Shown here piece after piece: positions 1 to 14,746 of a stretch of DNA of 64,000 nt (its first letter is position 1; each line of letters begins with the position of its first letter). The translations under genes and the position numbers were made by a program. The stretch lies in NCBI RefSeq assembly GCF_009914755.1, contig NC_060937.1; one strand, written 5' to 3'. The notes beneath the pieces are model-generated. The model saw only the letters and a list, made by a program, of their open reading frames with translations. It was not told the DNA's origin and ran no database searches. Source of the DNA: the human T2T-CHM13v2.0 reference genome, Homo sapiens.

Positions 1-934
1 CACACAAACAAAATAATTTAAAAATTAGCCAGGTGTGGTGGCACATGCCTATAGTTTCAGCTACTTAGGAGGCTGAGGCAGGAGGATCATTTGAACACGA
101 CAGCTCGGGGCTGCAGTGAGCTATAATCAAGCCACTGCACTTCAGCCTGGCCAACAGAGTGAGACCTTGTCTCTAGAAATAAATAAATTAATAAAATAAA
201 ATAAGAGGGTTAGAATGTGGCCCATGGGAGTCCTCAAAGGTGCAATTGCATGAAGCTGAGAAGCAGCAGCATGGAGCAGGGAGTACTTAGAGTGTCACCT
301 GGCAGAACCTGATCTTTCCTCTCATTCCCACCCCAAGAGACTTTTCCAACTCATCCAGCTGGAAGCAGAGAGGCTAGGATTTTCCCCTCAGGTGTCTGAC
401 CCAGAGCCTGCATGCTAAGTCCTAAGGTGATGGCGTCTCAACTGCGCTGGGCCTTTATTTGTGAGCTTTCAATGGTTGTATCTGCCTGTGTTTGACCAGA
501 ATAATTAATTTAATAAAAGCACTTTAAAAATGTTTGTAAACGGCTAAGTATCTAGTGTTGGGTACCATATAAGTATTTAGATACAAAAGGTCTAAATTCA
601 GGTTATTTTTACTGGGGGAACCATTATTAATATGATTATAAAATAGTACACTGCGGATCTGTACACACGAGAGAGAGAAGTTGTGTACACGTGCTACTTC
701 ACAACAATGATGCAATTCAACAGATTTATGACAACGATTCCTTTAGACAGATACTGACTAAAACTTACCAGGGGCAGGGCCCTGGGCCAGGCAAGGAGTA
801 AGTCACAGCTCCTGGGCCTCAGCAGGGAACACTAAGATACAAGTACTTGCCCTTGCTGGGTGGAGTAGCTCACACCTGTAATCCTAGCAGTTTGGGAGGC
901 CAAGGCAGGAGGATCACTTGAGACCAGGAGTTCA

Positions 935-1204
<270 letters not shown>

Positions 1205-2545
1205 TCAGCAGGGACTCCCGCCGGCTGCTCCAAGCCACTCTCCCAGCACTCCCTGCTCTATTCTCCTGCAGAACCAAACTGCTTACCGTTCCCCAAATGT
1301 GCTCTGCCGGTTCACACCTCTGTGCCTTTGCATGTTTCCTCAGACTGGAATGCTCAGTCAGTGCAGAGTGGACATGTGTCATGTGTTCTGGCTGCTTAGC
1401 AGGGTTTGAAAACCCTGCCTATGTTCTGGGAATTTCCTAACACAAGAATGAGTCCTGCCTCTCCAAGGCAGATGCCAGAGCAAGCAGGGTACAGGCACAT
1501 GACCCAGCCTCTCTCCATCAGCTGTGTCTACACGAGATACTAACTTAGACATGAGCAATCCAAGGCAGTAGACACAGTGTGGAAGTGATGTATCAGGCAA
1601 TGCTGGTACAGAGGCGCCAGGCTTTGGAGGAGCAATAGTTACCAGGCTGTGGCCCTGGCACAAGAAGAGGCAGCGTCACAAACCGTCATATCCAGAGTTC
1701 TAGAGGGGCAGCGGCGTGGTTTCCATTACAGGCCAGGTCTGCGGTGGGCATAGGGCCTTGTTTCAGGAAACTCTTCATGGCACTTTACCTCCCCATCCAG
1801 AAGAGTCACTCTATATCCTTTTAATCATTTTAATCAATCTCTTTTATGCTTTTGTTGATTACAACTAAGAGTCTGGCTTAGTTGCAACTCTTCCAACCCC
1901 TGTGGTAGGTGATACACCAACCTACATTAATCCTGTTAACAAAAGGCCACTTACTTTGCAAAATCCATGTTGGCATGAAGGTCTCCTGTGGGCCTCCCCT
2001 GAAATCTTCTATTCCGTCCTTGATCCATGCCCTCCTGGGGTGCCCTCACTACCCACACGCCTCTCGCCTCATGCCCCCCTGGATTAGAATTGCCTGTTTC
2101 TTCTGCCTCTGCTTGGACCATGATTTATTTGAGGCTAGCCATTGGCTCTTTCACTTCTGCATTTCCAGCAGTTAGTTTGGGTTGACAGCGTCCAACACAT
2201 GATAGGTACTAAAGGGAAGTTTGTTATTGAGAGGAAGGAATGCTCCAGTTTGCTTTCTGAGAACCAGGAATCAGAAACAGGTGCTATGAGGTGGCTGCGT
2301 CTAACATAGATCTCGGTGAATGGCAGGGATTTTAACAGGCGGAATTGGTGGGGATCATCCTGCCCATAAGACAAATTATTATATCCCTCAGCATTTTCCC
2401 ATATCCTTAATATACTGTATGTGACATTCTCAGTTGCACAACAACCCTTCCCTTGCCCTTCTTTTTTTCAGGTTTGGGTGGTGATGTCTCCGGGAAGGTG
2501 GACCCTCCCACAGCCCCAAGGGGATGAGTTTTCATTGCTCTAAAC

Positions 2546-2874
2546 CAGGGGTTGACCAACTACAGCCTGCTAGCCAAACCTGGCCTGCCACCTGTTTTTT
2601 TATGTCCTCACACCATACAAAATGCTTTTTACAGTTTTAAACAGTTGGGGGAAAAAAAAGAAAAAATTCTTTGTGAGAGGTAAAAAATATATAAAATTCA
2701 AGTTTCAATGTCCACAGACACACTGGAACACAGGCATAGGTATTTGTTTCTGGTGTGTCTAGCTGCTTTGGCTCTACAATGGCAGAGCTAAATATATGTG
2801 ACAGGGACCGCACACCCTGCAAAGCCTGACATATTTACTGGCTGATTCTCTTCAGAAGAAGTTTGCTGACCCTG
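2546..2874 (+). mobile_element. MER58-like hAT DNA transposon fossil
   Basis: CAGGGGTTGACCAACTACAGCC...GTTTGCTGACCCTG terminal inverted repeats. Confidence 0.65.
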
Positions 2875-4017
2875 TTCTCAAGCAATCATGCTAATGCCAA
2901 TCTCCTTCCAGTATTGATTTTTGGGAGGAGCATAAGACCCATTTCTGGGCCAATGAAACACAAAAGGAAGCCTGACAGAGGGCTGCTGGGAAAGATTGTT
3001 TTCTCTGATGAGAGGGAGATATGTGAGCATGCTTCCTTCTTGCCTTTGGATGTTGCATGTGAGGATGTGATAGGCAGAGCTGTGGCAGCCATCTAGTCAT
3101 GAGGGAAAAGCTAAGAGAACCACAGAGAAGCTGCCCCCAGATACTGTTGAGCTGTTAAATAAACCAGCTCTGGAACTTCCTACTTCTAGAATTTTTTAAC
3201 ACTCAAAATAAATATACTAGGCTGGGCACAGTGGCTCATCCTGTAATCCCAGCACTTTAGGAAGCTGAGGTGGGAGGATCACTTGAGCCCAGCAGTTTGA
3301 GACCAGTCTGAGAAATATAGTGAGACCCTTGTCTCTACAAAAAAAAAAAACAAAAAAAAAAAACTAGCTGGGTATACTGGCACACAACTATAGTCCTAGT
3401 TACTGGGGAGGCTGAGGTGGAAGGATGGCTTGAACCCAGGAGTTCAAGGCTTTGGTGAGCTATGATCATGCCACTGTACTCCGCCTGGGCAACAGAGCAA
3501 GACCCTGTCTCTAAACAAACAAATAAACTGATAGTTGGACATCCTGTTAACTGTGGCCAGATTTGTCCTAAAGCATATGATGTGAGAAGAGTATTTCCTC
3601 TTACTGATGAACCATAAAATTTTAACCATTTATGAGCATTTTCCTTTAATTATTTACTATTGTAAGTTTTATCTTTTAAAAATATTTATCTTACAAATTC
3701 AAATTTAAGGCTCATTAACCATCAGAGGGAACATGGAGAAATAAAATAAAATAAAAACAAATTTAAGCCTCATAAAATATGTGCCTCAGCTAGTGCCTTC
3801 TCCCTCCCCCTCTTCTGCTTCCTTCTCCTCCCCCTTCCTCTCCCCATTTCTTTCCCTGTACCATTAAGATGTTGCCAAGGAAAAGACAAAAAAAATTGCC
3901 CACTCCCAAAACACTGCTCTAACAAGTCTTTTGCTGGATGCAGATCACCCTCTTATTCTAAGAAGACCGACAGAAATCCAAATCCATGTTTATTTGTTTA
4001 AAATACAAATTCCATTA

Positions 4018-4345
4018 TGGTTATTAGAGGCTGGGAAGGGCAGAGGGAGGAAAAGATAGGGAGAGATTGGTCAACAGAGATGAAATTTAAGCAAGATAAG
4101 AGGAACAAATTCTAGTGCTCTATAGCACTCTAGGGTGAATATAGTTAACAATAATGTATTGTGGTCAAAGAGCTGGAAGGGAGGATTTTCAATGTTCCCA
4201 ACACAAAGAATGAGAAATATTTGAGGTGATGCCTATGCTAATTGCCCTGATTTGATCATTACACATTGTATACATGTATTAATATATCAATCTGTACCCC
4301 ACAAATATGTACAATTATTATATGTCAACTTGAAATAAAAGGAAC
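4018..4345 (+). mobile_element. Old L1MA-type 3' end fragment
   Basis: Typical L1MA 3'UTR text (AGAGGCTGGGAAGGG...GAGGTGATG...CCTGATTTGATCATTACACATTGTATACATG...AATAAAA). Confidence 0.7.
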
Positions 4346-4467
4346 AAATAAAATAACATATAAATTCTACCTGACTCCAAAAAAAACTTGTGGGAGTTTT
4401 CAATAAAAGTTATATCAGCAGCCAAGAATATTTAATGGGTACTAAAATTGTATAGTCAAAAGCAAGC

Positions 4468-5140
4468 TTTCTTTTCTTTCTTTTTATTTTATTTTATTTT
4501 TTTATTATACTTTAAGTTTTAGGGTACATGTGCACATTGTGCAGGTTAGTTACATATGTATACATGTGCCATGCTGGTGCGCTGCACCCACTAACTCGTC
4601 ATCTAGCATTAGGTATACCTCCCGATGCTATCCCTCCCCCCTCCCCCCACCCTACAACAGTCCCCAGAGTGTGATGTTCCCCTTCCTGTGTCCATGTGAT
4701 CTCATTGTTCAATTCCCACCTATGAGTGAGAATATGCAGTGTTTGGTTTTTTGTTCTTGTGCTAGTTTACTGAGAATGATGATTTCCAATTTCATCCATG
4801 TCCCTACAAAGGACATGAACTCATCATTTTTTATGGCTGCATAGTATTCCATGGTGTATATGTGCCACATTTTCTTAATCCAGTCTATCATTGTTGGACA
4901 TTTGGGTTGGTTCCAAGTCTTTGCTATTGTGAATAATGCCGCAATAAACATACGTGTGCATGTGTCTTTATAGCAGCATGATTTATAGTCCTTTGGGTAT
5001 ATACCCAGTAATGGGATGGCTGGGTCAAATGGTATTTCCAGTTCTAGATCCCTGAGGAATCACCACACTGACTTCCACAATGGTTGAACTAGTTTACAGT
5101 CCCACCAACAGTGTAAAAGTGTTCCTATTTCTCCACATCC
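4468..5140 (-). mobile_element. 5'-truncated young L1 3' end (L1PA2/3-like, non-Ta)
   Basis: Poly(T) tail, 3'UTR and ORF2 C-terminus (...[13 protein letters not shown]); 3'UTR reads CTAACTCGTCATCTAGC (GAG rather than the Ta-diagnostic ACA); 5' end abuts an Alu A-tail. Confidence 0.88.
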
Positions 5141-5815
5141 TTTTTTTTTTTGCAACAGTCTTACTCTGTCACCCAGGCTGGAGCGTAGTGGCATGATCTC
5201 AGCTAACTGCACTGCAACCTCTGCCTCCCGGGTTCAAGCAATTTGCCTGCTTAAGCCTCCTGAGTAGCTGGGATTACAGGCACCCGCTACCACAGCCAGC
5301 TAATTTTTGTATTTTTAGTAGAGACAGGGTTTCTCCACGTTGGCCAAGCTGGTCTCAAACTCCTGACCTCAGGTGATATGCCTACCTTGGCCTCCCATCT
5401 TCTTTCTTATTAACTATAAATATATTTGAGTCAGAGATGTTTTATGCTGTTGATCTGTTTGCAACTCCAATTAACTCACTTTGTTAAAACATGCCCCATG
5501 TGGTATCAACCACGGATACATTTTGTGAAATTATTTCTCCTTTTAGTGTCATTAACCAGTGCTTTGTGAAATTCTGTTGAAATAGCAAATGCTTGCTCGT
5601 CTATGCAGACATTCCATGTCTGTCCTCTCACCTCTGACCTGCGTCACACCTGCCACCCATCACAAAACTAGCTGCATTGAAATCTCTGAATCGGGCAATC
5701 CCAAGCGCAGCAAACAGTCACCTGGAGCAGAGAGGTCAGTGTGTTTACGTGTTTCCTGTTTGGAACCTAGGTCTGAAATACTATTGAGTTGAGCTACCTC
5801 TATAGAGAGCAGTGA

Positions 5816-6082
<267 letters not shown>

Positions 6083-6612
6083 TAGTGCCAACCAGATGAT
6101 TTTACAGTCACTTCTCTGAGTATCTGAGAGATAGGAAGCATTTTAACATCTATATATTTATTTCTCTATTCCTAAAATAAAGATAGCAGAAAGAGCCACT
6201 GTTGTGGGGGATTTTAAGCTGCTAAAGTGACTTTTATAAAATATTATAGAGGGAGATGTATTTCAGAAGAAAGAACTTCCAGTTCCTGCAGCCCACTTGC
6301 TTTTAATAAGAAGCCTCTGGGAGGGAGCACCGCACAGTGTAGCAGCTGAGCGCCTGACCTTCGGAGTTGGACAGAACTTTGCTGAGTCCCTGCTCTTCTC
6401 TTAGCACCTGTGTAACTTGGCCTCTCTAACCCTTGGTTTCTTCCCCAACCTCATTCTTACAGGCCACTGGGCTAGGCAAGGGGACACAGCAAGTAAGTTG
6501 GACAGAAGACAAATGAATGAGTTTGTGCAAAAAAAAAAAAAAAAAAAATGTCTGGGTGTTGGGGCTCACACCTGCAATCCCAGCACTTTGGGAGGCCAAG
6601 GCAGGCAGATCA

Positions 6613-6894
<282 letters not shown>

Positions 6895-7244
6895 TTATAT
6901 TACAAATTGAAGCTGATGCTTGCACAGGGGAAGCATGGAGTGGAGAAATATGGAAGGCTTGGGAGTGATGAGAGTTTGGAACAGCCCTTGTGAGGATAGG
7001 AGAGGAAGGGGCTCAAGGAAGACAAGACAAAGCACTAGGCTTGGGGCCAAAGGCTCAAGGAGAGTACCAGGCACCCTGCATGGTGGATTGTTCCAGCAGG
7101 TTGATGGAGCATAGGGGCTTCAAAGGAACCGGTGATGCAGTCATGCTGTGGCTGGAGTTTACGAAAGGCTGACTCACCAAAGGTCAACAGAGACATTTAC
7201 ACAAACATCCTGACCCCAAGTCCAGTGCTCTTTCTAATCTATAA

Positions 7245-7442
<198 letters not shown>

Positions 7443-7490
7443 TAAAAACAATTTTTTTTTTTTAAATTTTTTGTAGAGACAGGGGCTCAC

Positions 7491-8215
7491 TGAAACTGCC
7501 TTTGCAAAAATTATAACCGAGAAAACTATGATGATGAAAGAGAGCTGACCTAACGGACTCCATCTTGCTTCTAACCTCCAAACTGTCCTTGTTCTGGGTG
7601 TAGGTTGAATTAACTTTGGGAGAAGCTTAGTTTATAGTTTAGTTTTGAAACAAAGACGATAACAGCCCTTTCCCAAAAGAAACCCCCTTCCTGCCTGAGG
7701 ACTAGACTGCCTTGGTAGGACTAACAAATTAGCCACAGGATTACAAATCATGGTTTAGGAGTCATGCAGCTGGAGGCTGCAAGATTCTAAACCTCCCCAG
7801 ATTGCTCATCGGATGACATCACTGTTGTAAAACCTAAGATCAGTGCTTGAGATATTCTGCAGACCCTGTACTTGATGGCTTCATCAGCTGGCACTACCCA
7901 GATTGATAAATTGGCTCATCTGGTTTTGTGGCCCCTGCCGAGGAACCGACTCAGCGCAAGAGGACAGTTTAGACTCCCTGTGATTTAATCTCCAACCTGA
8001 CCAATCAGCACTCTTACTCACTGGCCCCCTACCCACCAAATTATCCCTAAAAACTCCAATCCCCGAATTCTTGGGGAGATTCATTAGAGTAATAATAAAA
8101 CCCTGGTCTCCTGTATAGCTGGCTCTGTGTGAATTAAACTTTATTGCAATTCCCCCATCTTGATAAACTGGCTCAGTCAAGGCAGCAGGCAAGAAGAACC
8201 CACTGGGCAGTTACA
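7491..8215 (+). mobile_element. LTR8 (ERV1) solo LTR inserted into an Alu
   Basis: TGAAACTGCCTTTGCAAAAATTATAAC...GGGCAGTTACA; 4-bp TSD TCAC (7487-7490 and 8216-8219); the host antisense Alu continues on both sides. Confidence 0.85.
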
Positions 8216-8751
8216 TCACTATGTTGCCCAGGTTGGACTCGAACTCCTGGGCTCAAGCAATCCTCCTGCCTCAGTCTCCCAACATGTTGGGATTACAGGC
8301 GTGAGCCACTGCACCCAGCCAAGTCTGTCCTTAATCAGGGTTCTTTTGGATCTCATTTTCTTAAGGTGCAAAAGCCACTGGACCAAGTGATACTGCTAGC
8401 CCCTCTAGGTTGCTGTAACTAGTTACGGCTCCTGGATCTGCTTCCAATTAGTTAATTTCCCATCACTTTGGACAAGTCATCCCAACTCCCTGGCTTGTTT
8501 CTGTAACTCAATTACGGTCCAGAAGCCCTAGTTCTAAAGTGCTGATTCTGATGAGTGCCCATTTACCAGGCACTCTGATCCCGTCATAACATCTACTATA
8601 GCCTGGGAGGTCTATTCAGGTGTGCATTCATGTTAAGCACTAACACCAATCAAATCACTTAAATAACATAGGTAATAATCCAACAGCACGCTGGGTGCAG
8701 TGGCTCACGCCTATAATCCCAGCACTTTGGGAGGCCGAGGCAGATGGATCA

Positions 8752-9141
<390 letters not shown>

Positions 9142-9265
9142 TTAGAGATGAGGTCTCTCTGTCACCCAGGCTGGAGTGCAACAGTGCCATCATAGCTCAC
9201 TGTGGCCTCCAATTCCTGGCCTCAAGCGATCCTCCTGCCTTGGCTTCCCAAGTAGCTGAGACTAG

Positions 9266-9502
<237 letters not shown>

Positions 9503-9739
9503 TAGGCTGGTCTCGAACTCCAGACCTCAGGTGATCTGCCCACCTCGGCCTCCCACAGTGCTGGGATTACAGGCGTGAGCCACGGCGCCTGGCCCACACC
9601 CTGTTTAAGGAAGAAAATAGTGTTGAAAATGAAAATCAATACACAAAGGCTGAACCAAAGCAATGGGAAGGCAGTGGCTGTGTGTTATGTTGAGTGGCTG
9701 TCTCAAATAGACCAAGACCTTTCTGACCCTTTGTCTTAG

Positions 9740-10168
<429 letters not shown>

Positions 10169-10287
10169 TGACCTCAGGTGATCCGCCCACATCTGCCTCC
10201 CAAAGTGCTGGGATCACAGGCGTGAGCCAGCGTGCCCGGCCTGGCTTTAAAAAAAAAAAGAAAGAAAAGAAAAAAAACAAAACTGGT

Positions 10288-11255
10288 TGTGGGGAAAAGC
10301 AAGAGAGATCAGATTGTTACTGTGTCTGTGTAGAAAGAAGTAGACATAGGAGACTCCATTTTGTTCTGTACTAAGAAAAATTCTTCTGCCTTGAGATTCT
10401 GTTAATCTATGACCTTACCCCCAACCCCGTGCTCTCTGAAACATGTGCTGTGTCAACTCAGAGTTAAATGGATTAAGGGCGGTGCAAGATGTGCTTTGTT
10501 AAACAGATGCTTGAAGGCAGCATGCTCCTTGAGAGTCATCACCACTCCCTAATCTCAAGTACCCAGGGACACAAAAACTGCGGAAGGCCGCAGGGACCTC
10601 TGCCTAGGAAAGCCAGGTATTGTCCAAGGTTTCTCCCCATGTGATAGTCTGAAATATGGCCTCGTGGGAAGGGAAAGACCTGACCATCCCCCAGCCCGAC
10701 ACCCGTAAAGGGTCTGTGCTGAGGAGGATTAGTCAAAGAGGAAGGAATGCCTCTTGCAGTTGAGACAAGAGGAAGGCATCTGTCTCCTGCCTGTCCCTGG
10801 GCAATGGAGTGTCTCGGTATAAAACCCAATTGTATGTTCCATCTACTGAGATAGGGAAAAACCGCCTTAGGGCTGGAGGTGGGACCTGCGGGCAGCAATA
10901 CTGCTTTGTAAAGCATTGAGATGTTTATGTGTATGCATATCTAAAAGCACAGCACTTAATCCTTTACATTGTCTATGATGCAAAGACCTTTGTTCACATG
11001 TTTGTCTGCTGACCCTCTCTCCACAATTGTCTTGTGACCCTGACACATCCCCCTCTCGGAGAAACACCCACGAATGATCAATAAATACTAAGGAAACTCA
11101 GAGGCTGGCGGGATCCTCCATATGCTGAACGCTGGTTCCCCAGGTCCCCTTATTTCTTTCTCTATACTTTGTCTCTGTGTCTTTTTCTTTTCCAAGTCTC
11201 TCGTTCCACCTTACGAGAAACACCCACAGGTGTGGAGGGGCAACCCACCCCTACA
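10288..11255 (+). mobile_element. HERV-K(HML-2) solo LTR, LTR5_Hs-like
   Basis: TGTGGGGAAAAGCAAGAGAGATCAG...CCCCTACA, 968 bp, TG...CA ends; perfect 6-bp TSD ACTGGT (10282-10287 and 11256-11261); TATAAAA at 10818; AATAAA at 11080. Confidence 0.95.
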
Positions 11256-11266
11256 ACTGGTAATAA

Positions 11267-11692
<426 letters not shown>

Positions 11693-11789
11693 TAAATAAG
11701 GCCTTAGCCTCCCAACAAGGTCAAACTAGCTAAAAACTTAAGTCCTCCCAACCACTGACATTCCCAGCCCCCAGCCCTCATCCTCAGCC

Positions 11790-12750
11790 CAGCTGGCTGA
11801 GGGTCCGACCTCAGAGAGGGTCTCCGGGAGCCCAGAGGCGGGAAAGTCCCCAGAGGCGCAGGCCCTGCCCCACAGCTTTCCTAGGGCAGGCAGCAGCGAC
11901 ACGCCAGCTCGCGGGCTAGGCTGGGCGCGGGAACTGGCCGGGCTGGGCGCGCCGCGGTCCCGCGCCCACTTCCGCTTCCCGTGCGGGGGATGGCGGCAGA
12001 GCCGGTGGGCTGCGGCGGCTCCAGGTACCTGCCTGAGCGTGGCACTGCGCAGTCTGCCCCCGGGTCGCAGGGGCGCTCCTGAGCTTCGCGGGGCCGCCTC
12101 TAGGGCTGCCTGCGCGGAGAGCCGACCGCGGCCGACGTCGGTGTTAAGTGGCCGCCCCGGCCGGCTACCCGGAGCCAAGAGCAGGCGGCGCAGCCTGAGC
12201 GGGACGTGGCCACGCTGGCGAGGCGGTAAGCGCAGACCGACCCGGCGCCTCCAGCTGCGGGGAGTGTGCGGGGCGGAGGGAGCGGGGCACGGGGAGAGCC
12301 TCGGCGTCCGGGCGGCGTGACCTTCCCGGGCGGCGGGGGAAGCGGCCGGCGCCGCCGCACACGTGCCGCGGGAACCCTCACCGCCCCGGGGTGGCCCGCC
12401 GGGGTCGCCGGAGAATCTCGGGGTCGTCGGCCTCCTTCCCGCAGTGCCCACCTCGTGGGAACTTTTGTCCTCCTTTGCCCTCAAGTCCTATCATTTGGCC
12501 GGGCTCCGCGCCGCCGGGGCGCCAGCGCTGGGCAGCACGGAGCCGCTTCTGCATGGAGACTTGCAGGCTGCCAGAGAGTGGGTGGCTGGGCAGGGGCGGC
12601 GAGCGTTTAGGGCCGGGCAGAGAAAGTTGGAAGTCGTCTCCCTAACCTGTTCCTTGTGAGGCCCGGGAGAAGACGCGCCTGGCCGGGTCCTTGGCGGCAA
12701 AACTGGTTTGCATCTCCACGCTTTACCTAAAGCCCGGGCTCTGGGGACTG
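11790..12750. promoter_or_regulatory. Orphan CpG island / promoter-like region, probably + oriented
   Basis: Very high GC and CpG, non-repetitive; kB motif GGAAAGTCCCC 11841-11851; ETS motif ACTTCCG 11968-11974; YY1-like GATGGCGGC ~11989; candidate donors CAG|GTACCT (GT 12025) and GCG|GTAAGC (GT 12226). Confidence 0.75.
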
Positions 12751-13190
12751 GATGGCTAGCTAGCTGGCGGCTCCTACTGCCCCAGCTTTAGCCAGAAGCT
12801 GGGATCTTCCCGCAGCAGTTTGTGTTCCCTGATGGAAAATGAAGCCTCATCTACTGACTCTCCCATCCAAAAAAAAGTTAATTTCCCGAAGGATCGAGAA
12901 GGATGGGTGGTCTGCGCTGTTGTTCCTCAGTCGCACCCTGATGTAATTTGAGAGAGGGGTCAAAAGCGCTGAAAAGATTATTTTTTTCTATTCCAAGTGC
13001 TACAGCAAGCTCATAAATCAATTTTAATTCATGCTGAACAGTTTTGCTTCCTCCAAGCCCTGTGTCTCCTCCGAGCCAGAGCTACACGTATGTGAATTAG
13101 TTTTAGCCCAGCCCTTCTGAGTGAATGTTAGTACCCATCATGGTTTTCTATCTTAATAATTCTACTAGTGGCTATTTGTGGAATGAATGA

Positions 13191-13500
<310 letters not shown>

Positions 13501-14262
13501 TAATGCGTTTAAGTTTGGTTAACCCAGCGGGGTTGAATTCACATGGACAGAGTGCAATGTGATGTGACTTTCCTTCAAAGTTCAGAAGGAAGTGTCTGTG
13601 CCAAAAGAAGTAAGTGCATTGAGGTTTATCTGGGAGGCCACATTGGACTTGCCCCTGTCTGTCTTCTCAGTTGCCTCCGTTATTTTCTTCCCCTAAAATG
13701 CATGGTTGGGTGTTTTGTGTTGCTTTTGGCCAGGTTGAAATAGTCAGATTAAGTGTTGATTTGTAGGCACAGACCTGAAAGGACAGGACTTTGAAATGAA
13801 TCCTCTGTCACTGACTAGTTGTGTGGCCTTGGAGAAGACCTTGTCTTGTTCCAGGCCTCAGTTTGCCTTCTGGAAAAGGATTAGGACCTTGATATACTTT
13901 TTTAGGAAGATACCAGATGACCACCACCTTTTCAGCCTAGTAAATGGTCCTGCCTCTCCAGATCTATCAACAGCATATAAATCAGCGTCTTGCACTTCTA
14001 ACTTAGTTGCTTTATTAAGTACTGTGCCTTTGTTGCCACTGGTTTTAAAATTTTTGTAAATGAAGATGATTGAAATCTGGTCATTGGCAAAATGCTTCAA
14101 GAGGTTTAAAAAACTTCTCCACAGCCAGTGTTTTCTGTTGACGTTCAGGATGACATTGGTGTTAGGAAGGCACTTGGTGTTTGTCTCTGATCCAGCAGGT
14201 AGGGTCGCACAGCTCCTCAGTGTGATGAGGAATAAATTGTTCCTTATTCACAAATAAGTTAC

Positions 14263-14746
14263 TGTAGGGGATCGGTCAGGGTGGTGGGAGAAATTATAAA
14301 AATAAACTTATAGGAAATAGACACAAACCTTCTTGGAAGGCCGGGAGGTTTGCATGGCTTCAGTAAAAGATTTGGCTGAAGGCAACTGAATTCTCTTAAA
14401 AGCTTAGGGCGTAGATACATAGGAATGTAGAGGAGTTCATCTAAATGGCTTGTTTGCTCATGTGGTCCTAAGACCGACCTTTGGTCCTCTGTGGGTGCAG
14501 TACTGCTCTCTACTCGGGAGGTCAGCAATGTTAATTACCCTCTAGTGGTGTTTACTCGAGACCTTTGTCATTAAATCTGTACTGAATAAATGCACAGGGC
14601 GCCAGCTTGTCAGGGCTGGTGGCTGCTACAGCTCTTTCTGTGAAGCTGCCTGGACCTCTAGCCTGCTCTTTCAGGGGATAGATACCTGTGTCTGAGTGCA
14701 TTTCTTCATCTGTCATGCGGCCAGGGTCTGCAGGTCAGACCCAGCA
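14263..14746 (+). mobile_element. LTR22-family (HERV-K HML-5) solo LTR
   Basis: Begins TGTAGGGGATCGGTCAGGGTGGTGGGAGAAA and ends ...GGCCAGGGTCTGCAGGTCAGACCCAGCA, matching remembered LTR22 termini; internal AATAAA; no clear TSD. Confidence 0.75.

Noticed and set aside
11738-12700. Overlapping long ORFs (up to 248 aa) on both strands of the CpG island
   Set aside because: Pro/Arg/Gly/Ala-rich translations expected from stop-poor GC-rich DNA; no recognisable domain.
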